This document shows, piece after piece, positions 1 to 14,127 of a stretch of 64,000 bases of DNA. The position numbers were made by a program, and so were the translations under genes. The notes beneath the pieces were generated by a model. That model had not been told where the DNA came from. It saw nothing but the letters and a program-made list of their open reading frames with translations, and made no database searches. Positions within the stretch are counted from its first letter, which is position 1. Each line of letters begins with the position of its first letter. Source of the DNA: Octopus vulgaris (taxonomy: Eukaryota); NCBI GenBank assembly GCA_951406725.2, contig OX597834.1:11718001-11782000 (forward strand). Direction: 5' to 3'.

Positions 1-76
1 ATGTAATCGACTTAATCCATTTGTCTGTCCTTGTTTGCCCCGTCTATGTTTAGCGCTTTGTGGGCAATAAAGAAAT
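1..76 (+). mobile_element. SINE family B, 3' end (cut by window edge)
   Basis: atgtaatcgacttaatcc...tgtccttgtttg...aataaagaaat matches the tail of the full copies at 13757 and 60806. Confidence 0.75.
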
Positions 77-1188
77 ATATATTCCACCAAATTATTTTTA
101 ATGCCATGAAGAGTCTCTTAATCATGATTTCTAACAATTAGCGCAAGGCACACACTCTATGGTGATCAGATGGCCCATGGTTTACTGATTCTTATGTTTA
201 TCCAAGCAGAAACTACAGAGAGAAAAATCGTCATAAGCGGTATTTGAACTGGAGATATTAAAGAATATTACTAAATACTGCATATTGTTTCGTCCGGATT
301 GCTAAGTTTTGAAGTCTCTACAGTATGCCGATTTACATTTTGCGCAACGATGGGCAGTACTATTGATTATAAGCATTCAGTCGGTTGAATACGTACGATA
401 TCAATTTATATGGAATCGAATAGTGTATTCAATCAAATATTGATTTCTTATAAAGCCATGCAAGTATAGAGAGTGATATAATCGATTATATCGACACCCA
501 ATACTTGACTTGAACTTCATTTTATCGATCTCTTAAAGATGAAAGTCATTGCTGACCTCAACACAGTTTGAAGATCAGGACGTGAAGGATTGTTATTAAA
601 TATCTTAACAAATTTTGCGCAACCCCGTACTAATTCTGCTTAGCAGATTCGACACCAAAATTTGACTGCTATTTCTGTCGAATCCGGAGCAATGAACGGT
701 AAAGATAATTTTGTTTTGATTTGAACTCAACGTAAAAAGCCTCAGATAACTATTTTGAAATTATGACGTCCGACGCTGTAGCCCAGGCATTCGAGATGCA
801 GAGAGCATGAGACATGGCTCATTGTCAGCTAGTCCGATCTCCTTAACAAATTCGAATTTTTAAAAATTTTTTTAGGGTTGCTTTTCAGAATATCCTGCGG
901 CAATTTCGGTGGGAGGGTTCTGCTGAATATATCGACACAAATACATAATTCGTATTATATTCATCGACACCGATGAATTCACCGATGCAATTCAAACGCA
1001 CACACGCACACACACAAAGTAAGTCAGACATTTCAAGGGGGTGGGGGGATCTATTTTATCAACACTATTATCTAAAAAGTATCGACCCCGCCCATTTGGA
1101 AATGTGGAAATCAACGCTGACGTCTGCGAGGTTCGAATTCACAATGACCAGAGAAATACTTCTAAGTATAATATAAATAGCAATATCT

Positions 1189-1571
1189 GGAAGCACTCCG
1201 TCGGTTACGATGATGAGGGTTCCGGTTGATCCGAATCAACGGTACAGCCTGCTCGTGAAATTAACGTGTAAGTGGCTGAGCACTCCACAGATACGTGTAC
1301 CCTTAACATAGTTCTCGGGGATATTCAGCGTGACACAGAAAGTGACAAGGCCGGCCCTTTGAAATACAGGTACAACAGAAACAGGAAGTAAGAGTGAGAG
1401 AAAGCTGTGGTGAAAAAGTACAGCAGGGATCACCACCATCCCTGCCGGAGCCTCGTGAAGTTTTAGGTGTTTTTGCTCAATAAACACTCACAACGCCCGG
1501 TCTGGGAATCGAAACCGCGATCCTACGACCGCGAGTCCGCTGCCCTAACCACTGGGCCATTGCGCCTCCAC
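1189..1571 (-). mobile_element. SINE family C, full length, tRNA-derived head, with 12-bp TSD
   Basis: Head GTGGAGGCGCAATGGCCCAGTGGTTAGGG...GGTTTCGATTCCC has A/B boxes. TSD atagcaatatct at 1177-1188 and 1572-1583. A near-identical copy lies at 9211. Confidence 0.85.
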
Positions 1572-2249
1572 ATAGCAATATCTATGCTGTCGTAGACAAC
1601 ACAGAAGTTAAATAATTTCCAAGCATTGTCACCATTCCGCACTTTTGACAGGTAGTGTATAATTTACATATTCACATCATATCACATGGAATAAGGGTAA
1701 TCAATCCGCGAAACCTTTGGTTCTATAATTTCACTACTTCTTTCAAAAACGCAATATAAAAAGGCTAACGTATCATACGAACATTTGCAATGAGACTCCT
1801 TCTCTATGAATGAAACGTAGTTAAGTGGAAACTACTATTCTTAATCTAATGCAACAATATAGAAAAAAATTATTTCTTTTCAATGGCATTCTTTGTTGAA
1901 GTTGGAAATTCTTTACATTTATGTGGAAGTATGCCGTGTTGAACAAATTTAATTGTGATGTGTTACGTGTGGCGTCACTTCTAGACAGGTTTCGGTTCTA
2001 TTAAAGCTTCTCAGTAAAGTATAGCTAAAAACGTACTGTAAGGCTTCAATAACAGTGACAAGTACTACATTTCAAATACTACGTATTATGTAATATTCTG
2101 GAATTAATGGTATATTTTGAGTGACATTATTGCCCTGTTAGAACGAAGTAAAAAATTGATGGTTTCGAGCTTGGAACATTCATATGTCAGCTGTGTGCAG
2201 AATATGATATTCGTATACAAAAAAAAAAAAACATAATAAAAGAGAATAT

Positions 2250-3136
2250 GTTTTGTATACACACATACATACATATACGTGTGTGTGTGTAAGTGTATCA
2301 GTATATATATATATAATTTCACATACGTACTCACACACACACACATATGTATACATGTATATGTGTGTATATATATATATATATGTACATATATGTACGC
2401 ATAAGTACATTATCGGGCTCTCCTTCTTTCTCTCTTTTCTCTCTCTATATACGTATATATATATATATATATATATATATCAATGTGTCTATGTATGTAT
2501 ATATGTATGTATGTATGTATGTAAATATACATTGCATATTTCTTTATACCATGTGATATATGTATATAAGTATGTGTGCCCGTGTATGTGTCTTGCGTTT
2601 GTGTGTGTGTGTGTGTGTCTGTATATGTAATTTCTATGATACCAACATAAATATTATTATCGTGATATACATCAACCATAATGCATATTTTAACGTAAAA
2701 TCTGCATATTTCAGAAAACTGAGAAATGATAATGTTTTTGTTACCAAGCTTGAATTAATGAACGAAAGAATCAGTTAGTAAATAGATTGATCTGGATAGT
2801 GAAGCGTCAATCGACAGAAACGTTGCAATGTATACAATTAACCCAAATTTCACAGAATAATACACAACTACAGACAAAAGGCAAAAAAAAAAAAAAAAAA
2901 AAAAATGGTGTTCACACAATTATTACTCCTATTCTTGTGTTCTTGTATTCTTGTATTCGTTTACAATCAGTTTCCCTATGTATCTGCAATACAAAACACT
3001 GAATAATTTGTTTTAGCTATATAGAGTTTCTTCCATTTCTATTCTGTTATGATTAAAGTTCTCAGCACGCGCGCACGCGCATACTCACATACACCCATAT
3101 ACACACACACGAACACAAGTGCGTGCAAACGCACAC

Positions 3137-3185
<49 letters not shown>

Positions 3186-3391
3186 TATATGTAATATAAA
3201 TACATTATCAGTCTCTCTCTCTTTCTCTCTCTCTCTCTTTAAACGTGTGTGTGTGTGTGTGTGTATGTATATATATATATATATATATACATATACACCA
3301 CAAACATACCCGTACACAAACTCGTACCAAAGTATAACAACTAACCTTATCTGTCTCAATCAGAACCTAACAAATACATATACATCAGTGG

Positions 3392-3441
<50 letters not shown>

Positions 3442-3495
3442 TATGCATATACGCATATATGTGTTTATATAAATGTATATATCTATATATATACG

Positions 3496-3530
<35 letters not shown>

Positions 3531-3588
3531 CCTATGCATATACGCATATATATGTGTGTATATAAATGTATATATCTATATATATACG

Positions 3589-3621
<33 letters not shown>

Positions 3622-3856
3622 TAATATGTACATATATATATTTATGTATAAACACACGTGTATGTATATATATATATATACACGTGTATATATGTAAGTG
3701 AATGTGTTTCTGTTCGTATATGTATACACTTGTGACAGCTCCAAATTAAGGTTTTTATTCTTTCTAGTTAGAATCACCCTCTCCCAGCCACCCCTAGTTA
3801 CCTTCTGTCTCTTTTACTAACAGTTATCTGTACATATGTGTGTCCGTTCGTCTGTG

Positions 3857-3887
<31 letters not shown>

Positions 3888-3954
3888 ATAATTATTATTA
3901 TTATTAGTAGTAGTAGTAGTATAATGTTAATAATAATAATTACATATATATACG

Positions 3955-4000
<46 letters not shown>

Positions 4001-4486
4001 CACACATATATATATAGACATATATATATACATATATGTATGTATGTATATATGTATATATATGTATGTATGTATATATATGTGTGTATGTATGTAGATA
4101 TGTATATATATATGTGTATGTATGTATATATGTATATATATATATGTGTATGTATGTATATATGTATATATATATATGTGTATGTATGTATATATGTATA
4201 TATATATATGTGTATGTATGTATATATGTATATATATATATATGTGTATGTATGTATATATGTATATATATATATGTGTATGTATGTATATATGTATATA
4301 TATATATGTGTATGTATGTATATATGTATATATATATATGTGTATATATATGTATGTATAAATATGTAAGTGTATATATATATATGTATATGTGTGTGTC
4401 TATATATATGTATATATGTGTGTATATATATGTATGTATATATATATGTATGTATATGTACGTATGTATATATATATGTACGTATG

Positions 4487-4517
<31 letters not shown>
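2250..4517. repeat. Compound (TA)n/(CA)n/(TATG)n microsatellite field with higher-order units
   Basis: Low-complexity sequence seen directly. All overlapping ORFs are YI/HT/CV repeats. Confidence 0.9.
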
Positions 4518-4519
<2 letters not shown>

Positions 4520-5064
4520 TGTACAAAGAGAGGCGCACGGAGATTCATATAAACAGACACAACAGACTTAGATATGCACACACATTTAATATGTTTATTT
4601 CGGTTCCCAAACAATTGTATATTCATGGTGTTGAATACACTATTTCTGTCTTAGAAAATAATGCAAATAGAATCGCAAATACATTCATTGTATTGGTTTC
4701 TCTTTAATTACAATATATTAGACCTGTTTTGCAGTCAGACACGATATAAGTGTCTGAATTCTACTTTGGACGCTCGTATTTCTACTACGTATTTCTACTA
4801 ACTAAAAGCTTATGGGGAAAATAATTCTCTGCATCAGATATGAGGGTTTTAAATAGGAGAAAAACCTAAAGTGTGAATATTAAATGCAAAGGAAAAATAA
4901 AATATTTTATTCTCTGTTTTATTTCCGTCTCTGGAACGAAGTATTTATTCATATCTTCCATGCTTAGATATTGCTCAATGACCCTCTTTGTCCTATGGCG
5001 ATAAGAAACGTTATTTCATAGCATAGCTGCTATTGGCTCTATATATGATGTAAGTTCAAATCAT

Positions 5065-5794
<730 letters not shown>

Positions 5795-6079
5795 TTAACG
5801 ATGCATTTTGTCCAGTATATTAATCTAGTACTGGACGAGGGCTCAATTTTTGATCTAGTTTTTGGGGGCGAATATAATTTTTGTTGCTTTCCATAACCTA
5901 CCAAGTGGAATGTTGCGTATGTATTGTTACGTGTGTATGCTTTTGTATACACTAATGTATGTAAGCGTCCATGTTCTCCTCCTCACCATAGTCATCACCA
6001 TCATAACTGTAACCCTCACTATTTTAGCGTCCACCTTTCTATGGTTGCATGGCTTAACTGGAATTCCCTACTGAGGTAG

Positions 6080-6430
6080 ACTCTTCTTCTTCTACTAATA
6101 CTACTACTACTTCTTCTACTACTACTACTACTATTACTTCTACTAATACTATTACTACTACATCTACTACTACTATTACTACTACTTCTACTTCTACTAC
6201 TACTACTACTACTATTACTACTACTTCTACTATTACTACTACTTTTCATCCTTATTCTCCTCCTCCTCCTACTACTACTCATCCTTATTCTCCTCCTCCT
6301 ACTACTCATCCTTATTCTCCTCCTCCTCCTCCTACTACTACTACTCATCCTTATTCTCCTCCTCCTACTACTACTACTACTACTACTCTTCCTTCTGTTC
6401 ATCCTCCTTCCCCTCCTCCTTCTTCTTCAC
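6080..6430. repeat. (TAC)n/(TCC)n trinucleotide low-complexity tract
   Basis: Direct reading. It explains the Ser/Arg-rich ORF 6019-6402. Confidence 0.9.
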
Positions 6431-6722
6431 CATCCATTTCTCTGGAAGTAACATATACTTCTGAACCTTATCAATTTGAAGCGAAATTCTTAGTCACCCA
6501 ACCAGGCCACCAACCACACGATGGTTCTAACGGTTCAAAATCTTCCCATTACTAGACTTTTGCCGCAGGAACATCAATAAATGCAGCCTCAATTGCTCTA
6601 CCGGGTTTAAATGCCAAAATCTCATATGTTAAAAAGGTGATACTCTCACTCCATTATATACGTGTCTTCAAAGACATGATGCACTCTCGTTCAGTAGTCT
6701 CACTCCCGCTCTTGCCTAGAAT

Positions 6723-6921
6723 TACTCTTTTACTTGTTTCAGTCATTTGACTGCGGCCATGCTGGAGCACCGCCTTTTAGTCGAGCAAATCGACCCCGGG
6801 ACTTATTCTTTATAAGCCCAGTACTTTTTCTATCGGTCTCTTTTGCCGAACCGCTAAGTGACGGAGACGTAAACACACCAACATCGGTTGTCAAGCAATG
6901 CTAGGGGGACAAACACAGACG

Positions 6922-6965
<44 letters not shown>

Positions 6966-7126
6966 TACGACAGGCTTCTTTCAGTTTCCGTCTACCAAAT
7001 CCACTCACAAGGCATTGGTCGGGCCGAGGCTATAGCAGAAGACAGTAGCCTAAGATGCCACGCAGTGGGACTGAACCCGGAACCATGTGGTTGGTTAGCA
7101 AGCTACTTACCACACAGCCACTCCTG
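6723..7126 (-). mobile_element. SINE family A
   Basis: Same head, CORE-like motif, microsatellite and tail as other A copies. Confidence 0.85.
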
Positions 7127-7299
7127 AGAATAAATTTGTATTTTCCGTATGCTCTACAGCCTTTCAATAATCACAGTGTATCTATCATCGCATTAATCAA
7201 TATTTTGATAAGCTGGGATTTAAAAAAAAAAATGGATAAATCTCTATCAAGTGTCATATACATTCATGATGCCGGTTTTCGATTTTCTGTTGCGTATAT

Positions 7300-7492
7300 A
7301 TCCAGCCCTGTCACTGGGCGTGGGATTTTTCTGTGTCGCACAATTACCTATTTTTGGCAGCTGAGTGGAATGGGGTTAATGTGAGATGAAGTGTTTTTGC
7401 TCAAGAACACAACGCATCTCCCGTCCAGGAATCGAAACCACAATCATACGATCACGAGTCCGACAACCTTACCATTAAGCCACGCGGCTTCA
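7300..7492 (-). mobile_element. SINE family C variant (V-domain-like body), degenerate
   Basis: tRNA-like head followed by TTGTGTTCTTGAGCAAAAACAC and CCACTCAGCTGCC; related to 18672-18912. Confidence 0.6.
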
Positions 7493-8014
7493 TGATAAGC
7501 TGGGAGGAGAAAGAAATATAATATAATCAAAAAATCATGCAATGTTTGACGAAGCTGATATAGAATGTACGTTGATTTCGACGTAAGAAAATCTTGACTG
7601 ATTAACTAGGAAATTGTTAATTAATTACATGTTTGAAGCGGCTGCGTACTCCCCGGACACATCTAATCCTGGCGTGGTTCTTAGTCACAACAAGAGCGCG
7701 TGACAAGACTTTGACCTTTGAATTACAGGTGAAGTTCATCGCACGAGTTTCTATAGGAATATTGATCTATTAAATTCATTCTGAAACATAGAACCGGTTT
7801 CATGCTTTAGAAAATGCCATTTCTTAGTATTCCACGTAACGGGATCGAAACCTGGACGTCATTATTATGAAGTACACGTCTTAGACATACAGCTGTACTA
7901 GCAGCCACGTGAGAGTTTTAATGTTTTAAGAGATTACTATTACTAGTTTTCTGGTTTAGTGACTCCTCCTTCACATACTTTCTCTCGTCCCTGTTTCAGC
8001 TGCCTCGTCTTCCT

Positions 8015-8056
8015 TGACTGGCTGATGAATGGAAATTCTCCGAAACGTCAGTGTCC
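8015..8056 (+). ncRNA. Degenerate minimal hammerhead-ribozyme motif (Penelope-like)
   Basis: CTGATGA at GGA-aattc-TCC GAAA C GTC. Stem I is weak. Confidence 0.4.
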
Positions 8057-8444
8057 ACACAACAGCGAATGAATTAATAAATCTCGTGTAGAAAATGATT
8101 TAGGAATTGTTCCTTTCGTAGTTGTAACAACCCCGGTTTCTGAGAACGAGTACGCAGGGTGATACACACTTTTAAATCTGAAGTGTGAGATAGTCAGCTG
8201 CTGCTTTTATGAGGCAAACAGGAATCCATATAAATGTTCACTTGTTATCTCGAAACAATTTACGTGCGATACGATTTTGTATCAAATTGCTTTTATTTTA
8301 TTACATGAAATATATAGTTTCATTCGAGATCGGATTGTTTATGTGTAAATCGACGCCATTTGTATTTGACCCCACAAACTAGAGGGCATTCATTTTCTTT
8401 TAAGCGATTGAATTGTATGTATGTATGTATGTATGTATGTATGT

Positions 8445-8495
<51 letters not shown>

Positions 8496-8965
8496 CACAT
8501 TGTAAGTGAATGCAAAATACTTGCACCAGAGGCAATTTCAATTTAGGAACTTAGTGCATTGGAAGGATCTTTTGATGGAGAAACTATTATTAATTTTCCC
8601 TGTTTGATCGTATTCAGTGAGGATGAATGCAGAGAAAATATGATGTCGGAATGTTGAACTGTTGATTGTGCTATCGAATGCAATCACCTTAGGTTTGTAT
8701 TTCCTCAAGGTGTTTTGAAAGCCACGACTCTTCCGTAATGAGCGAGAATAAAAATCATACATTCTTAGTCAAATCTGAAGAAGGTTTGCATCATAGATCA
8801 TAAACGTAGATAGATGAAGCAAAATAAAAAATGAAAGGGAAAATAAGCGGTTTGAAACCCTAACATAAAATGTGATTCGACGTTTCTTTATTTTGTCGTC
8901 TGTGGTTTTATCGTTCAAAGTAACACGCTCGTATCTCATTAGCTGCATACGGGAATATATATATA

Positions 8966-9000
<35 letters not shown>

Positions 9001-9210
9001 GTTTCATAAATTCATTCATTCATTTATTTTATTACTAGCCACACGCCACAAAGCAGGATGTAAAGATAGAGAAGGATGAATCTGGAATAAGTATAATAAA
9101 AACCACTCGATCTACTGTGCCACTCTCCCTCATGTCTATTCCCCAACGGATAAAGTGTATATATAAATACATAACTACAAACACACACACAAACATATGT
9201 GCGTGTGTAT

Positions 9211-9580
9211 GCCCGTGGTTAGGGCAGCGGACTCGCGGTCATAGGATCTCGGTTTCGATTGCCAGACTGGGTGTTGTGAGTGTTTATTGAGCGAAAACAC
9301 CTAAAGCTCCACGAGGCTCCGGCAAGGGATGGTGGTGATCCCTGCTGTACTCTTTCACCACAACTTTTTCTCCCTCTTACATCCTGTTTCTGTTGTACCT
9401 GTATTTCAAAGGGCCGGCCTTGTCACTCTCTGTGTCACGCTGAATATCCCCGAGAACTACGTTAAGGGTACACGTTTCTGTGGAGTGCTCAGCCACTTAC
9501 ACGTTAATTTCACGAGCAGGCTGTTCCGTTGATCGGATCAATCGGAACCCTCGTCGTCGTAACCGACGGTGTGCTACCAT
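9211..9580 (+). mobile_element. SINE family C, slightly 5'-truncated
   Basis: Reverse complement of 1189-1571 along its whole length. Confidence 0.85.
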
Positions 9581-9962
9581 TCCACATATAAACATATATT
9601 CACAAAGGCGTACAGACTTTAACAACTCACTTAATTTTGACTCATTTTAAAATGTAATCTGCTAAAGTTAATGATTTTTGCCAGGCTAAGCGTAAAGGTT
9701 TGCGTACAGGAATTTGTTCCGAAATAGTTATTGGAAGTTTGAAAACGGCGTTGAAATGCAAAGGGGGATTAGGAAAGAATTCTAAGCTGATCCTTCTGCG
9801 CGACGTACCATTGTTGGGATTAAATTAAAAAATTGATGCAGTTGGAACTGTTCAGAATATAACAAAAAATACTCCGGAAAACCTTTCCGACTACGAAGGC
9901 CAACAAAGCAAAATGGGTATGAAAAACATATTCAGAGTCCTGAAATATTCGTTTGGCATGCA

Positions 9963-10393
9963 TACTCTCTTTACTCTCTTTTACTCTTTTACTTGTTTCA
10001 GTCATTTGACTGCGGCCATGCTGGAGCACTGCCTTTAGTCGATCAAATCGACCCCGGGACTTATGCTTTGTAAGCCCAGTACTTATTCTATCGGTCTCTT
10101 TTGCCGAACCGCTAAGTGACGGCGACGTAACCACACCAGCATCGGTTGTCAAGCAAAGCTAGGGGAACAAACACAAACACACACACATACACACACATAT
10201 ATATATATACATATATATATACATGTATACGACGGGCTTATTTCAGTTTCCGTCTACCAAATCCACTCACAAGACATTGGTCGGCCCGGGGCTATAGCAG
10301 AAGACACTTGCCAAAGGTGCCACGCAGTGGGACTGAACCCGGAACCATGTGGTTGGTAAACAAGCTACTTACCACACAGCCACTCCTGCGCCT
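9963..10393 (-). mobile_element. SINE family A
   Basis: Full-length match to family A. Confidence 0.85.
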
Positions 10394-11614
10394 GTAACGA
10401 GAGAATTTAAAAATCGAGCGCCCTTAGCATTTGAAAGCATTATCACAGGAAATATTATATTCCAAGTATAGCCCTTTCTATCAATGAAGATAAACCGGAC
10501 CGAAAATTGGATTTTCGGGAGGGGAATGGTGTATAGGAAATTCATAGTCTTCATCAAAGATGGAGAGATGAGGTTCCTCCAAAATATGCAGATTAGCAGC
10601 CACTAATAAGAGTAATAGTGGCTGCTAATATAGCAGTTTAATTTGAAAGTAAAGTCGTCTTAAATTGCCAGAAGATGCATTTTGAAGCGATGTATCGTCA
10701 CAAGGATTAATTCAACCATCATTTACAGTACTTTTAGTGATATCGTTTACTTGAACTTGCTGCAACAATCTGCCTTCCAAAGACATCAAGAGGACTTTGT
10801 AGATAGGTTCTTATTTCATGTAAATTGAGGCACCTCCACAATTACCATAGTCATGTAGGTGTCTAACGACGTGAAATTGTTTCCTAATGTTGCGTAACGT
10901 AATAAGGCAAAAGGTTCCCTAGATCACCCAAAGTATTCAACGGACCTCATATCACACTAGCTAGGAGTACTGAAAAGGTACAGTTTACAGTTTCCTGGAA
11001 AAAACTGTCAAGTGACAGCGACTTAAAGGCAGGTCTTGAACGAAAATGCGTATAAATACCGATCGAAATACTACTTGACATTAGCGATTCTATGACCTCG
11101 TGTGTCGGCAGTGCATAGGGCAGTGCGTTCATCAGTTTGAAAACAAGCGTAGAAAATTCTCCATGCAAAACCTATGAAGTTCTTTGTAAAGAAGTAATGA
11201 AGCGGATTTTTCTACCATTAATATATATTGGATTATAATTGAAATGGAAAATAACTTGAATTTTATTAAATTATGATTAATAATGTAAATAATCTGTTAC
11301 GATTTCCAATTTTAAAGCAATAAAGGGAAGGAAAATATTTATATAGGTGCAGAGAAAATGCGATGCAGAGAATTAAACATGTGGCTTTCTACATGTTGAA
11401 GAAATTTCATGCTAGTTAATGAATAGTTTGGAAGTCGTATGCAAACACGAAATGACATCTACGCCACTTTCTACGATGATCGACCAAATTGTATTCCAAA
11501 TACATATTTTAATAAATTCTTGAATGCTGAAGCAATAACTATAGTACAACATTGATATAATATTTCAAGCCGTTTCCAAAGCTTAATTTTCTTTCCGAAT
11601 ATCCACATTCCAAT

Positions 11615-11682
11615 TTCCTCGTCGGACTCGAACCCGCGTCTCCTGTAAATATGATAGGTGATCTACCATTGGACCAAGACGT
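11615..11682 (-). pseudogene. tRNA-like relic or orphan SINE head
   Basis: Minus strand has an A box TGGTCCAATGG and a B box GGTTCGAGTCC. The anticodon and acceptor stems do not pair properly. Confidence 0.45.
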
Positions 11683-11913
11683 TCCGTTGAAGTTCTATGT
11701 CAGTTTTAGAAATTTTATTTTAACCATCGGAGGTTATATGTTGATGACGTCATAAGAATATTTTTTTATAAACATACATGCAACTACGTATATATGTACA
11801 TGTGTGTGAGTGTGTGCGTGTGTGTTTGTGTGCGCTTGTGTGTGTGGGTAAGTAAAGTATTGTACGGGTTGAAGCGGAATTTGTCATTCAGTGAACAAAA
11901 GAGACGGTATCGA

Positions 11914-12058
11914 AGGTAAGTAACTTGCTTACCAACCACATTGTTCCGGGTTCAGTCCCACTGCGTGGCACCTTGGGCAAGTGTCTTCTACTATACTCTT
12001 GGGCGGGCCAAAGCATTGTAAGTGGATTTGGTAGACGGAAACTGAAAGAATCCCGTCG

Positions 12059-12095
<37 letters not shown>

Positions 12096-12300
12096 CTGTG
12101 TTTGTCCCCCAACATCGCTTGACAACCGATGCTGGTGTGTTTACGTCCCTGTAACTTAGCGGTTCGGCATAAGAGACCGATAGAATAAATACTAGGCTTA
12201 CAAAGAATAAGTCCTGGGATCGATTTGCTCGGACTAAAGGCGGTGCTCCAGCATGGCCGCAGTCAAATGACTGAAACAAGTAAACGAGTGAAAGAGAGTA
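11914..12300 (+). mobile_element. SINE family A, 5'-clipped
   Basis: Match to family A starting at GGTAAGTAACTTGCTTACC. Confidence 0.85.
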
Positions 12301-12377
12301 AGAACGAAAGGCTGTTAACCATTTCCTCCGGTGGGCTAATGGTTTTGTTGCTTTGCTGCCTTTAGTTAGGCTAATAT

Positions 12378-12980
12378 TCTTTTCTACTCTAGGCACAAGG
12401 CCCGAAATTTTGGCGGAGGAGGCCAGTCGATTAGATGGACGCCAGTACGCAACTGGTACATAATTATCGACCCCCAAAAGGATGAAAAGCAACGTCGACT
12501 TCGGCGGAATTTGGACTCAGAACATGAAGACGGACGAAATACCTATTGCTTTACTACTCACAAGGGGCTAAACACAGATGAGACAAACAAGGACAAACAA
12601 AGTCGATTACCACGACCCCAGTGCGTAACTGGTACTTAATTTATCGACCCCGAAAGTATGATAAGCAAAGTCGACCTCGGCGGAATTTGAACTCAGAACG
12701 TAATGGCAGACGTAATACCACAAAAAACGTTTCTGCCAGCTCGCCCCCTTTAGTTAGACTAATATTGATTACAAATCTTGGCACACAACCAACAATTTTG
12801 GGAGAATGGTAAGTTAATTCCATCGACCTTTGCGCTTAACTGGTACTTATTTTATTCAGAACAAAACGATGAAATGCCAAGTCGACCAACGACGAATTTG
12901 AACTCAGAAACCAAACACATACGAAATGCCGGGTAACTTGCAGCCCAGCGTGCTAACAACTCTGCCACCTCGCCGCCTTA
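12378..12980 (-). mobile_element. SINE family B cluster (multimer plus a degenerate copy)
   Basis: Repeated GAGTTCAAATTCCGCCGAGGTCGAC...TTTCATCC...GGGGTCGATAA core (Deu/Nin-domain-like), with an internal junction AAAGCAATAGGTATTTCGTC. Confidence 0.75.
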
Positions 12981-13039
12981 ATATTAGTTAGGCGAATATT
13001 AAAAACGGATCTTAGTCTTACTGGTAATAGCAATATATA

Positions 13040-13650
13040 CGCTAAACATACAAGTAATAAACTGTATACAAGGACAATGTAGCCGGACAGAAATAGAAAA
13101 TTTATTTGGATTAACAACAGTTGCACTAGAGCAATACCGAGAAACAGATAATGGAAGATTCATAAATGTAATAAAAGAATATGAGAAGCAAAGCCTCGAA
13201 AGACCCCTTCTCGACATACGAGAAATCGATAAAATACATAACTAAAACAAACTAACCGAAACACTAAATTTAGATTGCAACGCAACAGAAAGAGTTAAAT
13301 GGACAGAAAAGCTACAAGATATAAACAAAATTACAATACATACTAAAGACAAAATGGAGAGAAAAACCACACCCTGCCCAATACCCTGCAAACTTCGATA
13401 AAGATGAATTAAGCTAAAATGAAAGTCAACAATGGCTCAAATAACTCATCTAAGAATACTATCTATTCCAAAGTATAAGTCAATATAATAGCTCATATAA
13501 GGCAATCCTCAGACACAAAATGCAGCCTTTTTATGCACGTAATATCCGAAAGGAACAAAGCTTGTACAACACATACTATATAAGATTAACACTGCCTGAA
13601 GTAATGCAAAGCTTATTACGCACATTACGCTAGAAAGAATAAGCCACAAA
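13040..13650 (+). mobile_element. Degenerate R4/Dong-like (RLE-clade) non-LTR retrotransposon ORF fragment
   Basis: Residual KWREKPHPAQYP (compare W..KPLHGQY) and QWLK, broken by stops and frameshifts. Confidence 0.5.
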
Positions 13651-13656
13651 ATATTT

Positions 13657-14127
13657 TATTTCTTTATTGCCCTCAGGGGGCTAAACATAGAGGGGGCAAA
13701 CAAGGACAGACAAGGGGATTAATTCGATTACATTGATCCAGTGCGTAACTGGTACTAAGGCGGCGAGCTGGCAGAAACGTTAGCACGCCGGGCGAAATGC
13801 GTAGCCGTATTTCGTCTGTCGTTACGCTGTGAGTTCAAATTCCGCCGAGGTCGACTTTGCCTTTCATCCTTTCGGGATCGATAAATTAAGTACCAGTTAC
13901 GCACTGGGGTCGATGGAATCGACTTAATACCTATGTATGTCCTTGTTTGTCCCATCTATGTTTAGCCCCTTGTGGGTTATAAAGAAATTGGTACTTATTT
14001 AATCGAACCCGAAATGATGAAAGCTAAAATCGACCTCGGTGGAATTTGAACTCAGAACGTAACGACAGACGAAGTACCGCTAAGCATTTCGCCCGGCGTG
14101 GTAACGTTTCAGCCAGCTCACTCCCGC
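13657..14127. mobile_element. SINE B (+, 13757-13988) nested antisense inside SINE B (-)
   Basis: TSD tggtact at 13750-13756 and 13989-13995. The host copy resumes exactly after the insert. Confidence 0.8.

Noticed and set aside
6019-6402. SR-protein-like ORF
   Set aside because: It is the product of (TAC)n/(TCC)n repeats, with no splice context.
7832-7901. tRNA-Met-like sequence on the minus strand
   Set aside because: A B box and a CAT loop are present but the stems do not pair. It is most likely a decayed SINE head and not a functional tRNA.
10400-11250. Possible highly decayed Gypsy-like RT (KDGEMRF, TSRGL, NDV.LF fragments)
   Set aside because: The motifs are too short and broken to support by eye. 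A translated HMM search is needed.
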